From contig OZ024747.1 in the NCBI GenBank assembly GCA_964016885.1, positions 60,140,001 through 60,204,000 of the forward strand: DNA of 64,000 nt, read 5' to 3'. The notes under the pieces are model-generated. The model saw nothing but the letters and a program-made list of their open reading frames with translations. It had not been told where the DNA came from and ran no database searches. Numbering within the stretch: the stretch's first letter is position 1; every line of letters begins with the position of its first letter. The stretch is from Eledone cirrhosa (lineage: Eukaryota). This document shows positions 1-13,118 of this stretch, piece by piece. The position numbers and the translations under genes were made by a program.

Positions 1-1067
1 ATGATGTATACTATATCTCTACATGATGTATACTATATCTCTACATGATGTATACTATATCTCTACATGATGTATACTATATCTCTACATGATGTATACT
101 ATATCTCTACATGATGTATGCTATATCTCTACATGATGTATACTATATCTCTACATGATGTATACTATATCTCTACACGATGTATACTATATCTCTACAT
201 GATGTATGCTATATCTGCACATGATGTATAGTATATCTCTACATGATGTATAGTATATCTCTACATGATGTATACTATATCTCTACATGATGTATACTAT
301 ATCTCTACATGATGTATGCTATATATCTACATGATGTATACTATATCTCTACATGATGTATACTATATCTCTACATGATGTATACTATATCTCTACATGA
401 TGTATGCTATATCTCTACATGATGTATACTATATCTCTACATGATGTATGCTATATCTCTACATGATGTATACTATATCTCTACATGATGTATACTATAT
501 CTCTACACGATGTATACTATATCTCTACATGATGTATACTATATCTCTACATGATGTATACTATATCTGCACATGATGTATAGTATATCTCTACATGATG
601 TATGCTATATCTCTACATGATGTATACTATATCTCTACATGATGTATACTATATCTCTACATGATGTATGCTATATCTCTACATGATGTATACTATATCT
701 CTACATGATGTATACTATATCTCTACACGATGTATACTATATCTCTACATGATGTATACTATATCTCTACATGATGTATACTATATCTGCACATGATGTA
801 TAGTATATCTCTACATGATGTATGCTATATCTCTACATGATGTATACTATATCTCTACATGATGTATACTATATCTCTACATGATGTATGCTATATCTCT
901 ACATGATGTATACTATATCTCTACATGATGTATGCTATATCTCTACATGATGTATGCTATATCTCTACATGATGTATACTATATCTCTACATGATGTATA
1001 GTATATCTCTACATGATGTATGCTATATCTCTACATGATGTATACTATATCTCTACATGATGTATAC
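1..1067. repeat. 22-bp minisatellite (ATGATGTATACTATATCTCTAC)n, ~48 copies, runs off the window start
   Basis: Unit read directly; recurrent variants TATGCTAT, TATAGTAT, CTGCAC, CACGA. Confidence 0.97.
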
Positions 1068-1174
1068 TATACATCATGTAGAGATATATTAGGAGTTTAG
1101 TACACATTGTATAATAATCTCCTCCATCATCATCATCATCATTATTATTATTTTCATGTCCATGAGGAATAACA

Positions 1175-1395
1175 TGTATTGTGCAGAAGAGATGGCACTG
1201 CACTGGTATGGTCATGTGATGCATATGGATGATAATCATTGGTTGAAGAAATGCCAAGAAATCCCAGTGGAAGGGAGCTTAGGTAGAGGGTGGAAAGAAA
1301 GAAAAAAGACCTGGGCAGATAGAGGTGATGAGAGCTAATCTTAAATTCACTGAATCATACAGTTGAGTTGACAAAGGACTGTGACAAGTAGAAAG
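1175..1395 (+). mobile_element. Decayed RTE-clade LINE 3' fragment
   Basis: Translation LHWYGHVMHMDDNHWLKKCQEIPVEG..GRG..KKTW matches the C-terminus of the RTE ORF at 36651-37983 (LRWYGHVMRMKDDSCIKRCRALEVDG) and the fragment at 56187. Confidence 0.85.
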
Positions 1396-1544
1396 ATATA
1401 AAAATGAAGAACTCACCACTAGAACACCCATTAAAATATCTAAATACTGTCAAAGACAGTGATGGGCAAATATGCCTCAGAGGACAGAGATCAGCAACCA
1501 GTGGTCAACAGAGACACAATCCACTTTGGGGTTTGTCTCTCAGT

Positions 1545-2333
1545 TGCACACACATAAGAGATAGGTACACACACACACACCCATTATAGAGATATACACA
1601 CACAAATAATAAAGATACACATACACACACACATACACACACATAATAGAGATAGACACACACACATAATAGTGATACACAAACACACACACATAATAGA
1701 GATATATATACACACACACATATAGTGATATGCACATGCACATGATAGTGATACACACACACACACACACACATAATAGAGATATACCCACACACATAAG
1801 TGATACACAAACACACATACACGCACATAGAGATATATATACATACAAACACACACACATATAGTGATACGCACATGCACATGATAGTGATACACACACA
1901 CACACACACACATAATAGAGATATACCCACACACATAAGTGATACACAAACACACATACACGCACATAGAGATACATACACACACACACACACACACATA
2001 ATAGAGATATACACACACACATAATAGTGATACACAAACACACATACACGCACATAGAGATATATATACATACACACACACACACATAATAGAGATACAC
2101 ACACATACATAATAGAGATATACACACACACATAATAGTGATACACAAACACACATACACACACATAGATATATATACACACACACACACATAATAGAGA
2201 TACACACACATACATAATAGAGATATACACACACACACACATACACGCACATAGAAATATACACACACACACACACAGAATAGAGATATATATACACACA
2301 CACATATAGTGATACGCACACGCACATGATAGT

Positions 2334-2379
<46 letters not shown>

Positions 2380-2420
2380 ACATATACACACACACACCAC
2401 ACACACCACATATACACGCA
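1545..2420. repeat. Complex (CA)n-based minisatellite with CATAATAGAGATA / ATAGTGATA linkers
   Basis: Linkers recur between variable CA tracts. Confidence 0.92.
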
Positions 2421-2926
2421 CAGAAACATATAGTTGTGATTTTGCACTGTTTCCACCTATAGAATTTCCTGACATGTTATTGGTCAGCCTGAGGCGTCAT
2501 AGAAGAGACACTTGCTCAAGGTGCCAATGCTATAAGATCCAAACGAATGCCATGTGTTTGCTCCATGGCCTTCTTAACCACATGACCAAACCTCCACCAA
2601 AATAGTTATTCCATAAATCCCCACCATCGCCACAGAGTTGGTTACCTGCAGGTGTGAGCCCCACAAGATGGAATGGCTCTTCCAGTGCATCTCCCTTACC
2701 ATCCTCCAGGGTAACGCCTTCTTCTCTATTCTGTCCACCAGGGCCATAGGGTGGCCAGCACATGCCCCCTCCCCATTTGCATATAATAGTGAGAGATGGG
2801 GGAGAGACGGAGGCAGTGACAGTGGTAGTTTGGTTCCTTTGTGTTTGGACTTGGTGTATATGTATATATCTATTTACCACACCACATATGTAACTATATA
2901 TATATGTGTGTGTGTGTGTATGGATC

Positions 2927-3351
2927 CACACTCACTCACACACACTCACTCACTCACTCACTCACACACACACACTCACTCACTCACTCACTCACTCACT
3001 CACTCACTCACTCATTCACTCACTCACTCACTCACTCACTCACTCACTCACTCACTCACTCACACACTCACTCACTCACACACTCACTCACTCACTCACT
3101 CACTCACTCAGTCACTCACTCACTCACTCACTCACTCACTCACTCACTCAGTCACTCACTCACACACTCACTCACTCACTCACTCACTCACTCACTCACT
3201 CAGTCACTCACTCACTCACTCACTCACTCACTCACTCACTCACTCACTCACTCACTCACTCACTCAGTCACTCACTCACTCACTCACACACTCACTCACT
3301 CACTCACTCACTCACTCACTCACTCACTCACTCACTCACTCACTCACTCAC
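2927..3351. repeat. (CACT)n microsatellite
   Basis: Direct reading. Confidence 0.97.
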
Positions 3352-4119
3352 AAATACACACAGATATATTGGTGAAACAGTCTAAAAAAAAACTATAATT
3401 AGACCAAGTGACATTACCTCAACAGCAATGACATAACACAGATCATACAATTTCTATTCACATCATTAATTCATAATTGTATTTGTGTGAAAATATTCAT
3501 TCTGTCTTCTCTTGAGATGTCAGAGAGAGAGATAGAACATATACTCTGGGTTTCAGTCTTAACACAAGTATGCTGACTATAAGTTGAAACCCCTTTCCAA
3601 GGACACTGCATCACAGGAGTTGTGATCATCATCGTTATCATTTTACATCTGATTTTCAGGCTGACATAGATTGGAGATGTTGTTACAGTCTGACACTAGA
3701 CAGGTTGGAGAGACCCCATCTTGCTCATGGATTTTATATTTGGTATGGTTTTAAAGTTGGATGCCGTTCCCAATGGCAACCATTTTACAGAGTGCAGTGT
3801 GTGTGTATGTTATCACCACTATCAGTTTTCAAAGTATGAGTACATTTTATCATGGCATCAATACTACCACTTTACAGAGCGTAGTGGGTGCATTTTATCA
3901 TAGCACCAGTACTACCACTCTACAAATTGTACAGGATGCAGTTTATCATGACAACAGTGCTACCATTTTATAGAGTGTACTGGGTACATTTTATCATGGC
4001 TCCACTACAACTCACATCATCAATTCCTAAATATATTTCTATGAAATTGTTTATTCTGTATCTTCTTGCTGCTTATAACATGTGTACTGAGAGCTGAGTA
4101 CTCTTCCTTAAGGCAATTA

Positions 4120-5225
4120 GTTCTACCATGTTCTATATCTTAAGGCAAGTTGTTCTAAACTATTTCTACCATGTACTTTATCTTAAGCTAACTAGTTCTA
4201 CCTTGTACTATATCTTAAGCTAACTAGTTCTACCTTGTACTATATCTTAAGCTAACTAGTTCTACCTTGTACTATATCTTAAGCTAACTAGTTGTACCAT
4301 GTACTATATCTTAAGGTAACTAGTTCTACCTTGTACTATATCTTAAGGTAACTAGCTCTACCATGTACTATATCTTAAGCTAACTAGTTGTACCATGTAC
4401 TATATCTTAAGGTAACTAGTTCTACCTTGTACTATATCTTAAGGTAACTAGCTCTACCATGTACTATATCTTAAGCTAACTAGTTCTACCTTGTACTATA
4501 TCTTAAGGTAACTAGCTCTACCATGTACTATATCTTAAGGTAACTAGCTCTACCATGTACTATATCTTAAGCTAACTAGTTGTACCATGTTCTATATCTT
4601 AAGGTAACTAGCTCTACCATGTACTATATCTTAAGGTAACTAGCTCTACCATGTACTATATCTTAAGGTAACTAGCTCTACCATGTACTATATCTTAAGC
4701 TAACTAGTTGTACCATGTACTATATCTTAAGGTAACTAGCTCTACCATGTACTATATCTTAAGGTAACTAGCTCTACCATGTACTATATCTTAAGGTAAC
4801 TAGTTCTACCTTGTACTATATCTTAAGGTAACTAGCTCTACCATGTACTATATCTTAAGCTAACTAGTTCTACCTTGTACTATATCTTAAGCTAACTAGT
4901 TCTACCTTGTACTATATCTTAAGGTAACTAGCTCTACCATGTACTATATCTTAAGGTAACTAGCTCTACCATGTACTATATCTTAAGCTAACTAGTTGTA
5001 CCATGTACTATATCTCAAGGTAACTAGCTCTACCATGTACTATATCTTAAGGTAACTAGCTCTACCATGTACTATATCTTAAGGTAACTAGCTCTACCAT
5101 GTACTATATCTTAAGCTAACTAGTTGTACCATGTACTATATCTTAAGGTAACTAGCTCTACCATGTACTATATCTTAAGGTAACTAGCTCTACCATGTAC
5201 TATATCTTAAGGTAACTAGTTTTAT
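4120..5225. repeat. 32-bp minisatellite (TACCATGTACTATATCTTAAGGTAACTAGCTC)n, ~34 copies
   Basis: 32-bp period (TATATCTTAA at 4561 and 4593); degenerate edges. Confidence 0.96.
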
Positions 5226-5366
5226 CATTTAGAAGGTAACTACTTCTGGCATTTTCAAGGTAACCAGTTTTACTATGTACAAAGTAACCAATTCCATCAA
5301 GAACCACATTTCAAGATAACCAGTTTAGTTATAGCTATATAATATATCTTAACATTATCATCATCA

Positions 5367-5470
5367 TCCCGCCGAGGTAACTTTGCCTTTCATCCTTACG
5401 GGGTCGATAAAATAAAGTACCAGTAATACACTGGGTAATTGCTGGCCTTGTGCCAAAAGTAGAAACAATT
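5367..5470 (+). mobile_element. tRNA-SINE family A, 5'-truncated
   Basis: Shares TTTGCCTTTCATCCTTACGGGGTCGATAAAATAAAGTACCAG core and GGCCTTGTGCC..AGTAGAAAC tail with full copies. Confidence 0.88.
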
Positions 5471-6364
5471 ATCATCATCATCATTGTTTTTTTACATCTG
5501 TTTTTCCATACTTGCATGGGTTGGACAGATCCTTTTGACCACACTATCTCCTCTCCATTCCTTGCATTCCTTGCATTCCTTTATCTTCCCTGTCAATTAT
5601 GTATATCTGAATTATACTTGCCCAGCAAGTGACTTCATCTGAGTCTGTGTGCTGAAATTGAAGCAATTACATTGTGGAATAATCATTTTAGCCATTCTAA
5701 AATAATAAATAATAAAAACCATGGAAAAGCTGTTATATTATTTCCATTTATTGGAATGTGTCAAAATTTCTGTCACACCTTTACCATCTGATCAATATAA
5801 CAATTCCAGTTGCAGTGAAAATTCTATCTCTGACCAGGCTGCAGAGGTACTATGAAAATGTTGACACTGCAAAATAAATAAAAAGTGAATATAACAGCTT
5901 TATGTTAATTATCAATCTTTTCGCCGTTAATTTAAAACTTACTTAAAACCCAATTATTTCTGAAATGGAAAAATAAAACTAAAACGCAAAACAAGTGTGA
6001 AAAACTTATTGCTGTTTCTGAACTAACATAAAACACAATATCAGCATGTAAGGGACGGAATGTGCAAATAATTAGTTAATCTTATTTGGAAGATTGGAGG
6101 TGTTTTTACAATGATAGTCAGTAGAACTCATTCCTGATTTATCTGTACTTCAGTTCTGTTCAGTTAAACCACTTCTCCATCTCAATGACTGCAAAATCTC
6201 TAACTCAATAGAAACTCTAATTTAAATTTATCACTTCTTCTGTTTCAGTAAAACAACTTGTCATTAAAAGAAACCCTCATACCTTTTACCAATGTTTATG
6301 TGGCAACATCAATTATTTTCTAATTCCACCTGCAATCTCACTTTACAATAATTGAATTATCTGC

Positions 6365-6640
6365 CGGATGTCCCTCTTTCTCTCCACCTCTCTCTCTGCC
6401 TATCTCTCTCCCTCCTCCCTTTATCTATATCTCCCCCCCCCTCTCTCTTCTTCTCCTTTTCTCTCCACCTCTCTCTCTGCCTATCTCTCTCCTCCCTCCC
6501 TTTATCTATATATCTCTCTCTCTCTCCCCACCTACTCTCTTCTTCTCCTTTTCTCTTCACCTCTCTCTCCGCCTATCTCTCTCCCCCGTCCCTTTATCTC
6601 TCTCTCTCTCTCCTCCTTTTCTCTTCCCCCCTCTTTCTGT
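6365..6640. repeat. CT-rich low-complexity tandem repeat
   Basis: Three imperfect copies of CACCTCTCTCTCTGCCTATCTCTCTCC... Confidence 0.85.
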
Positions 6641-6982
6641 CACTGGTTCTTTATTTCTACCAATGAATGGTTTGTGTGTGGTCTTCATTAGAGAAATACT
6701 CCTGTATATGTGTATTAGAGACATTACATATGTGTATGTGAATGTGTATGGTCTTTGTTAGAGACACATGTGTATGTATATATCTATGTGTGAGTGTGTG
6801 TATGGCATTCATTAAAGTCAATTTCTAGGACATTAACTTAATCGCATTGGTGATGTGTTGTATTATTTTGATGTAGGAGAACCCAGTTCTATCATCATTG
6901 TAAGCAATTACAATTAAATAAATTCCCTTCCATGGTCACTATCAAAAGTTCTGGTGTTCTTGGTCCCTTCACTGCCAATTCC

Positions 6983-7270
6983 CTCCACAAAATCAGAAAG
7001 ACAGCAGTCCACCTGAGGAAGGAACCCTGTGAGGCTGTTGTGAGTGTCACTGGCTATTCTGTGTGGCAATGTCTCCACAAAATCAAAAAGACAGCATTCC
7101 ACCTGAGAAAGGAACCCTACGAGGCTGGGTGGCTGTTGCAGTAGGTGTCACTGGGCATTCTCTGAGGTAGTGGCTCCACAAAATCAAAAAGACAGCATTC
7201 CACCCGAGGAAGGAACCCTGCGAGGCTGGGTGGCTGTTGCAGTGGGTTTCACTGGCCATTCTCTGTGGCA
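6983..7270. repeat. ~90-100-bp tandem triplication
   Basis: CTCCACAAAATCA(G/A)AAAGACAGCA..GGAACCCT starts near 6983, 7074 and 7174. Confidence 0.88.
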
Positions 7271-8189
7271 AAGTATTCGCCATTCTGTCAGTGTCAAGAC
7301 TGAATCACTACTCAGTCTAGAGTGGAGAATCTGACCCTCCCTTCAGGGACCGATTTAATGGGAAGTAAAAGGGAAATTGCTCTGGGCTCTCTGCAGTAGG
7401 GGCCCTACCAGCAACAGCCATAGCAATTTATTTGTCCCCTCAGTTAGGCTTTTTAGTTTTAGGATGGTTAGAATTATTTAATTCAATATCTGTATGTATA
7501 ACGTTTCAATTCCAATTACTTGTGCCAAGCTGACTTTGATGTGTCAAATTGGGAGGGCTTTGCTGTGTATTATAATTTTTTGTGTATGAGGGGAAGGAGG
7601 GAGGGTACACCTGAAGTACCCCAGGACCCCAAACGTCTAAATCAAACCCCACCTCCTTTCCTCTCTCTCCCTTTCTTTCGTTACTTCATTCTCTTTTCTT
7701 CTTCTTTCTCATTGTTCAAATGTTGGTAATCTAAAAAGATAACAATTCTTCTCCCGAGTGAATTTGTTTTAGCCAAAGGTAATGATCAATATAAAGTATT
7801 TTAAAGAGGTTAAAAACTGTTTTTACTTCTTTTCTTGCAAATAGAAACTATAAATTAGAATAAATAAAGTAAAGCTATTAATTAATTGATAATTTGTAAT
7901 AACAATAATAATTATTCTTTCTAGCATTGGCACAAGGCCAACAATTTAGTCAAAAGAAAAAGTTGATTATATCTACCCCAGTACTTTACTGGTACTTTAT
8001 TTCATTGGGCCCAGAAGAATGAAAGCCAAAGTTGACCTCTGCGGGATTTTATCTTAGAATATTGAAGTTGTAACTAAATATCTCAAAGCATTATGTCTTA
8101 CACCCTCACAATCTGCCACTCCACCATCTTTATAATAATAATAAAAATAGTTTCTAATTTTGGCACAAGGCCATCAATCTCAAAGGGAG

Positions 8190-8615
8190 ACTGATGGATG
8201 TTATCCAACCATATTGGTCAGTGTCTACCCCTGGGTCTCCTGCCGGTTAGTTTTGCCAGTAAAATCTGTCCAGCAATTCTTTCCTGAGACATTCTAACCA
8301 CATTAACATATTATCAGAGCTGTGATCTGTCAATTCAAAGAAGTAGCAGCTCTACCTGGAGTGGATCCCTGATCTCTGCGCTTCACACTCTATCAAGGAA
8401 TGTTACTCCATAAACCCTTTGGAGGAACCCCCATTTCGACCACTCATATTCTAACCATGTACCCATAGTATCGGTGCTGTAATCTCTCAATCTGGGGAAG
8501 TAGTAGCTCTACCTGGAGTGACTCTCTCTGATCTCCAATCTATGCACTCTATCGAGTAACGTTACTCCCAAAACCCTTCGAAGGAACCTCATTTCAGCTG
8601 CTTGTATTCTGCCAG
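8190..8615 (-). mobile_element. Rex3/Expander-like RTE fragments (internally duplicated)
   Basis: Reverse complement of the 11564-11870 fragment (GCTCTACCTGGAGTG, ACATTCTAACCAC), present twice. Confidence 0.75.
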
Positions 8616-10352
8616 ATGAAATAATTTTTTTATTTTTGTCCTGTTTTAGGTTTTGACACCTGTATTCAACACTAACATGACTTGAGTGCTTAACAAATGT
8701 GAATATTTGCAGGAATTGTAGAAGATAGCATTAATTTCATGTATGTGTCAATATATTAACTACATAGTGTAAATGCTGTAACTTGTCTAAGAACAGAAAC
8801 GAATGCCAAAGGCAAGATTTTAAACTTGTGGCTTTTTCACCTCTATTCTTGCACTTTAATCATTGAGCAATCTCTAGGATTCTTGGCCACGTGTTTTCTA
8901 GGTTACAATTTAGCCTTTGGTAAAATTTCTGTCTAATAAACACACAAAAAAAGAACATTAATCAGTTTGTATATTTATTTATTTATTTAACAAGCATGCA
9001 ATTCTCAGTGTTCAATCAATAGTTGCTATTTGACATTTATTTGTTAAAGAATTTACAAATAAATCCAGTTGAACAGTAGTAATGTGATTCTTTATGTTTA
9101 AAAGTCCTAGCCAGGCATCTATGAAGAAATTGATATAGCCTGAGGATTAGGTTATATAGCTTTTGCCATCTTGCACACTACTATTCTCTCATTCTTTCGC
9201 TGAGCAATACAAGGAGTAAGAGGTGAAGGAAGGGGATAGACCATGGACCATCATTATCTTGCTGTTTTCAAATAAATCAAAGCTGACTTACTCTACTCTG
9301 ACAAATGCTATTTTTATTCTCTTTACATCTTCATCTTGGCCTGATATAAACATGTTTACTTTGATTTCTAAAGAAAACATATTTCTCCTATCTTATACTA
9401 TATATAGGTGCGGCAAATTGGCAGAATCGTTAGAACATCGAATAGAATGTTTTATGGCATTCATTCCGGCTCTCTGAGTTCAAATCCCACCGAGGTCAAC
9501 TTAGACTTTAATCCTTTCATCATGATCATCGTTTAACATCTATCCTCCATGCTAGCATGGGTTAAGTTGATAAATAAAAGTCGATTCTTACTCTCTCTGG
9601 AAGAAATCTGTTGTACTCAGGCCTGGTGGAGAACGGGCTCCGCCAGGTTTAAAATACCCAACTAATGCTGTATGTCAATACGGCACCCCTATGACTCTAT
9701 CAGGAGTTATGGGACCATACCAATACTATATTGAGACAAAATAATTGCTCAAAACTCTGTGTACCTTATATGGAAGCAAGTATGAAGGCACATGGTTTAG
9801 TGGTTAGGGTGCTGTGCTCATAAGTTCAATTCCCTGTCTTGGCAGTATGTTGTGCCCTTGAGCAAGGCACTTCATTTCATTTTATTCTAGTCCCACGTAG
9901 CTGGCAAAAATGAGTTGTACCTATACAATTATATCCTTTATGTGCACATGTGTTTATGGAATACTCAGCCACTTACAAGTTGGTTTCATAAGCATGTGGT
10001 CTCATTGATTGATTCCCTCAAAGCAGTCATCATCAGAAACAATATGGAGGAAATGATTAATGCTATAATTGACTGGACTATGTTGTTATTTAGATATAGG
10101 TAAGATATAGCTATGACCATCATAAGTTTCAGGACATCCATTTTTAAGACAACAGGGTGGGATCTAAGAGAGATTTGTCTCCTATTTCTAGCAAAATGTG
10201 CTTCCATATTCAGTTCCTCCTTTGTTAGTTTGTAAACTATCTTATTTTCTTCTATACCTGTTCAGAGTTCAAATATTAATGGACTCAGTATTGTAATTTG
10301 TCTTACTGGAGTTAAGAAAACTGGTGTTACTAATATACTAAGGTCAACATAA

Positions 10353-11109
10353 TCTATATATCTAAAACAGAGAATGTCTGTCTGTCTGACTCCCTAAAAC
10401 TCGAGAACCACCCAACCGATTGTTTTCAAACTTTACACATGTAATACTTAAGGTCCTGTGAGTGTTTTGACCAAAAAGGTATTTCAAATTTTCAATGCCC
10501 AAGGGACCGCATTAGGCGATTTAGCGATCTCTTTCTATAATTCTTAGTCTTTCTTTTTAGATAGATACATAGATATAACGTTGCGCCCTTATAATATCTG
10601 TCTGTATGTCTGGCTGTCTGCATTATGACATTATGACGCTATATGTGTGTGTGTATATCTATATATATATAAAAGCAAGTCAGTCTGTGTGTGTGTCTGT
10701 CTGTGTACAAATACTAGGCTCCTTTTAACTTTTGAAGTACTAGGTCGATTTGCTTCAAGGAATGATATTTCTATGTCCAGTGGATGGTCAACGTGGTAGT
10801 GGCAGCGCCATCTTATGCATAGGGTTTAGTCTACTGAAGGACATACGGTGCGTCTATTCCATATTTATCCTCTTACTCATACCTACTACAGCAAGGCCGG
10901 ACCTGAAATCCTTCACGTCAATTAACTCAAGCTACCCCATCAATTGTTTTTATGTTGCCGTATATTTCACTCAATCATGTCACTGTACACCCATTTTGTT
11001 AAACTTTTTTTTACAATTACATTTCAATTCTTTGCTCAAACTTTGGCTCTCTTTATACGGACAAACAGGGTGTCATTCATTTCCCGAGCAACGCCGGGTA
11101 CATCTGCTA

Positions 11110-11145
<36 letters not shown>

Positions 11146-11423
11146 TGTAACGTTTTTCGAAATATTTACTTGGGTTCACAGATTGATTTTTTTAGTTTCA
11201 GAAGATCCCGTTAAGGGTGAAAGCAGCGATTCATTGCTTAAACTTTAATCTGTTATTTTAATATATATATATAATTATATATTCGTGTACAGATATTTTT
11301 GCATACACAATAACAAAATATAAACAAACGTATTTATTTCACGAGGCTTCATAAGGATAAATATATATCAAATATATAAGAACCCTAGAGCAAATCCCGA
11401 GCAACGTCGGGCCATTCTGCTAG
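10353..11423 (+). mobile_element. Non-autonomous Helitron (outer)
   Basis: A|TC 5' end, subterminal hairpin CCCGAGCAACGTCGGG, CTAG|T 3' end, no TSD; second copy at 46358-47001 with the same ends. Confidence 0.88.
10658..11110 (+). mobile_element. Non-autonomous Helitron nested in the outer one
   Basis: A|TCTATATATATATAAAA start, hairpin CCCGAGCAACGCCGGG, CTAG|T end; absent from the sister copy at 46358-47001. Confidence 0.88.
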
Positions 11424-11439
11424 TATACTCTAAATAATA

Positions 11440-11875
11440 ATTTCTTACTCGATAGAGTGTGTAGCTCGGTGATCACTCCAGGTAGTCACTCCAGGTAGTC
11501 ACTCCAGGTAGTCACTCCAGGTAGTCACTCCAGGTAGTCACTCCAGGTAGTCACTCCAGGTAGTCACTCCAGGTAGAGCCATTACTTCTCCAAATTGACA
11601 GATCACAGCTCCAACATTATGTCAATGTGGTTTGAATGTCTCAGTAAAGAATCGCTGGACAGATTTTATGGACAAAACCAACCGGCAGGGGACCCAGGGG
11701 TAGACCCTGAGCAAGATGGTTGGATAACATCCATGAGCTTGGTTGGTCTCACTTGGGTCTCCAGCCAGATCAGTTGGAGATGATTGCTTCTGACAGGACC
11801 CGCTGGAAGGAGTGTTTGAGGACACTGCACCACACGACTCTCTCAGGAATAAGTGGGCAAAGAAGAAGAGGAGTA
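11440..11875 (+). mobile_element. Rex3/Expander-like RTE LINE 3' end (stop codons)
   Basis: Manual translation SLQVEPLLLQIDRSQL..KPTGRGPRGRP*ARWLDNI..LG...ASDRTRW resembles the Rex3/Expander C-terminus; purine-rich (AAG) tail. Confidence 0.8.
11473..11576. repeat. 8 perfect copies of 13-bp TCACTCCAGGTAG
   Basis: Units start at 11473, 11486 ... 11564. Confidence 0.97.
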
Positions 11876-12046
11876 AGAAACTCATGTACAGGATAGGTGT
11901 GGCTGTCTTCATTGTTGTTGTCACTTCATTGTTGTTGTCTTCATTGTTGTTGTCAGACTAAAATATGTATAGGTATTGGAATAAATGAAGGTGTGGTGCT
12001 CCAGCATTGTTGAAGTCTAATGGCTGACACCATTAAAAGAATAAAT

Positions 12047-12234
12047 AATTGTTTCTACTTTTTGGCACAAGGCCAGCAATTAACCAGTTACTGGTACTTT
12101 ATTTTATCGACCCCATAAGGATGAAAGGCAAAGTTAACCTCGGCGGGATTTGAACTCAGAGTAGCAAGGGCCGTAACTCTATGCGTCAAAGCATGGCGTC
12201 CGACCCTCTACCAATACTGCCAATCCACCGCCCT
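12047..12234 (-). mobile_element. tRNA-SINE family A, full length
   Basis: Minus strand GGGCGGTGGATTGGCAGTATTGG (A box) ... GAGTTCAAATCC (B box), central GCCTTTCATCC domain, AT-rich tail. Confidence 0.9.
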
Positions 12235-12412
12235 GATATTAAAAGAATAAATAATGTGTAATAGTCTGAGAATATTTTCTACTACCTACACTCTGTGTTA
12301 TCACGAATATGTCAGATTTCCTTAAGTGAATATTTCAGAAAATTTAGCCTAAAATCACATCCTTTGCATCTATTGCTTGTACTAATTGATCATTTAGCAG
12401 TAATAGGTCAAT

Positions 12413-12532
12413 TATATATATATATATATAATATGTATATATATATATATATGAATGTATGTGTAAATATATATATATATGAATGTATGTGTAAATATAT
12501 ATATATATGTATGTATGTAAATATATGTATGG

Positions 12533-12568
<36 letters not shown>

Positions 12569-12779
12569 ATGTGTAAATATATATATATGTGTGTATGTAA
12601 ATATATGTATGTATATATATATGTGTGTGTGTGTATGTGTAAATATATATATATGTATGTATGTATGTAAATATATGTATGTATATATATATATGTGTGT
12701 GTGTGTGTGTATGTGTAAATATATATATATATGTGTATATATATATATATATGTGTGTGTATGTGTAAATATATATATA

Positions 12780-12826
<47 letters not shown>

Positions 12827-13086
12827 ATATGTGTAAATATATCTGTGTGTGTATATATGTAAATATATGTGTGTGTGTATGTGTAAATATATATATGTAT
12901 GTATATGTTTTCTATGTATGTATGTGTGTGTATATATGTATGTGTAAATATAGATACGTATGTATGTATGTATATATATATGTATATATGTTTTCTATGT
13001 ATGTATGTGTGTGTATATATATATATATGTGTGTGTGTATGTGTAAATATAGATATGTATGTATGTATATATATATATATGTTTTC

Positions 13087-13118
<32 letters not shown>
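12413..13118. repeat. Compound (TA)n/(TG)n microsatellite
   Basis: Direct reading. Confidence 0.95.

Noticed and set aside
1505-3398. Long ORFs (up to 311 aa) rich in CV/YI or HSLT
   Set aside because: Translations of CA and CACT repeats, open in several frames at once; the same applies to most of the ORF track
6932-7283. Repeated peptide LHKI(R/K)KTA.HLRKEP
   Set aside because: Units are ~91 and ~100 bp and contain stops or frame changes; no convincing splice sites
8650-8700. Strong splice-acceptor-like site (TTTTTGTCCTGTTTTAG|G)
   Set aside because: No good donor or recognisable coding frame; a UTR exon cannot be excluded
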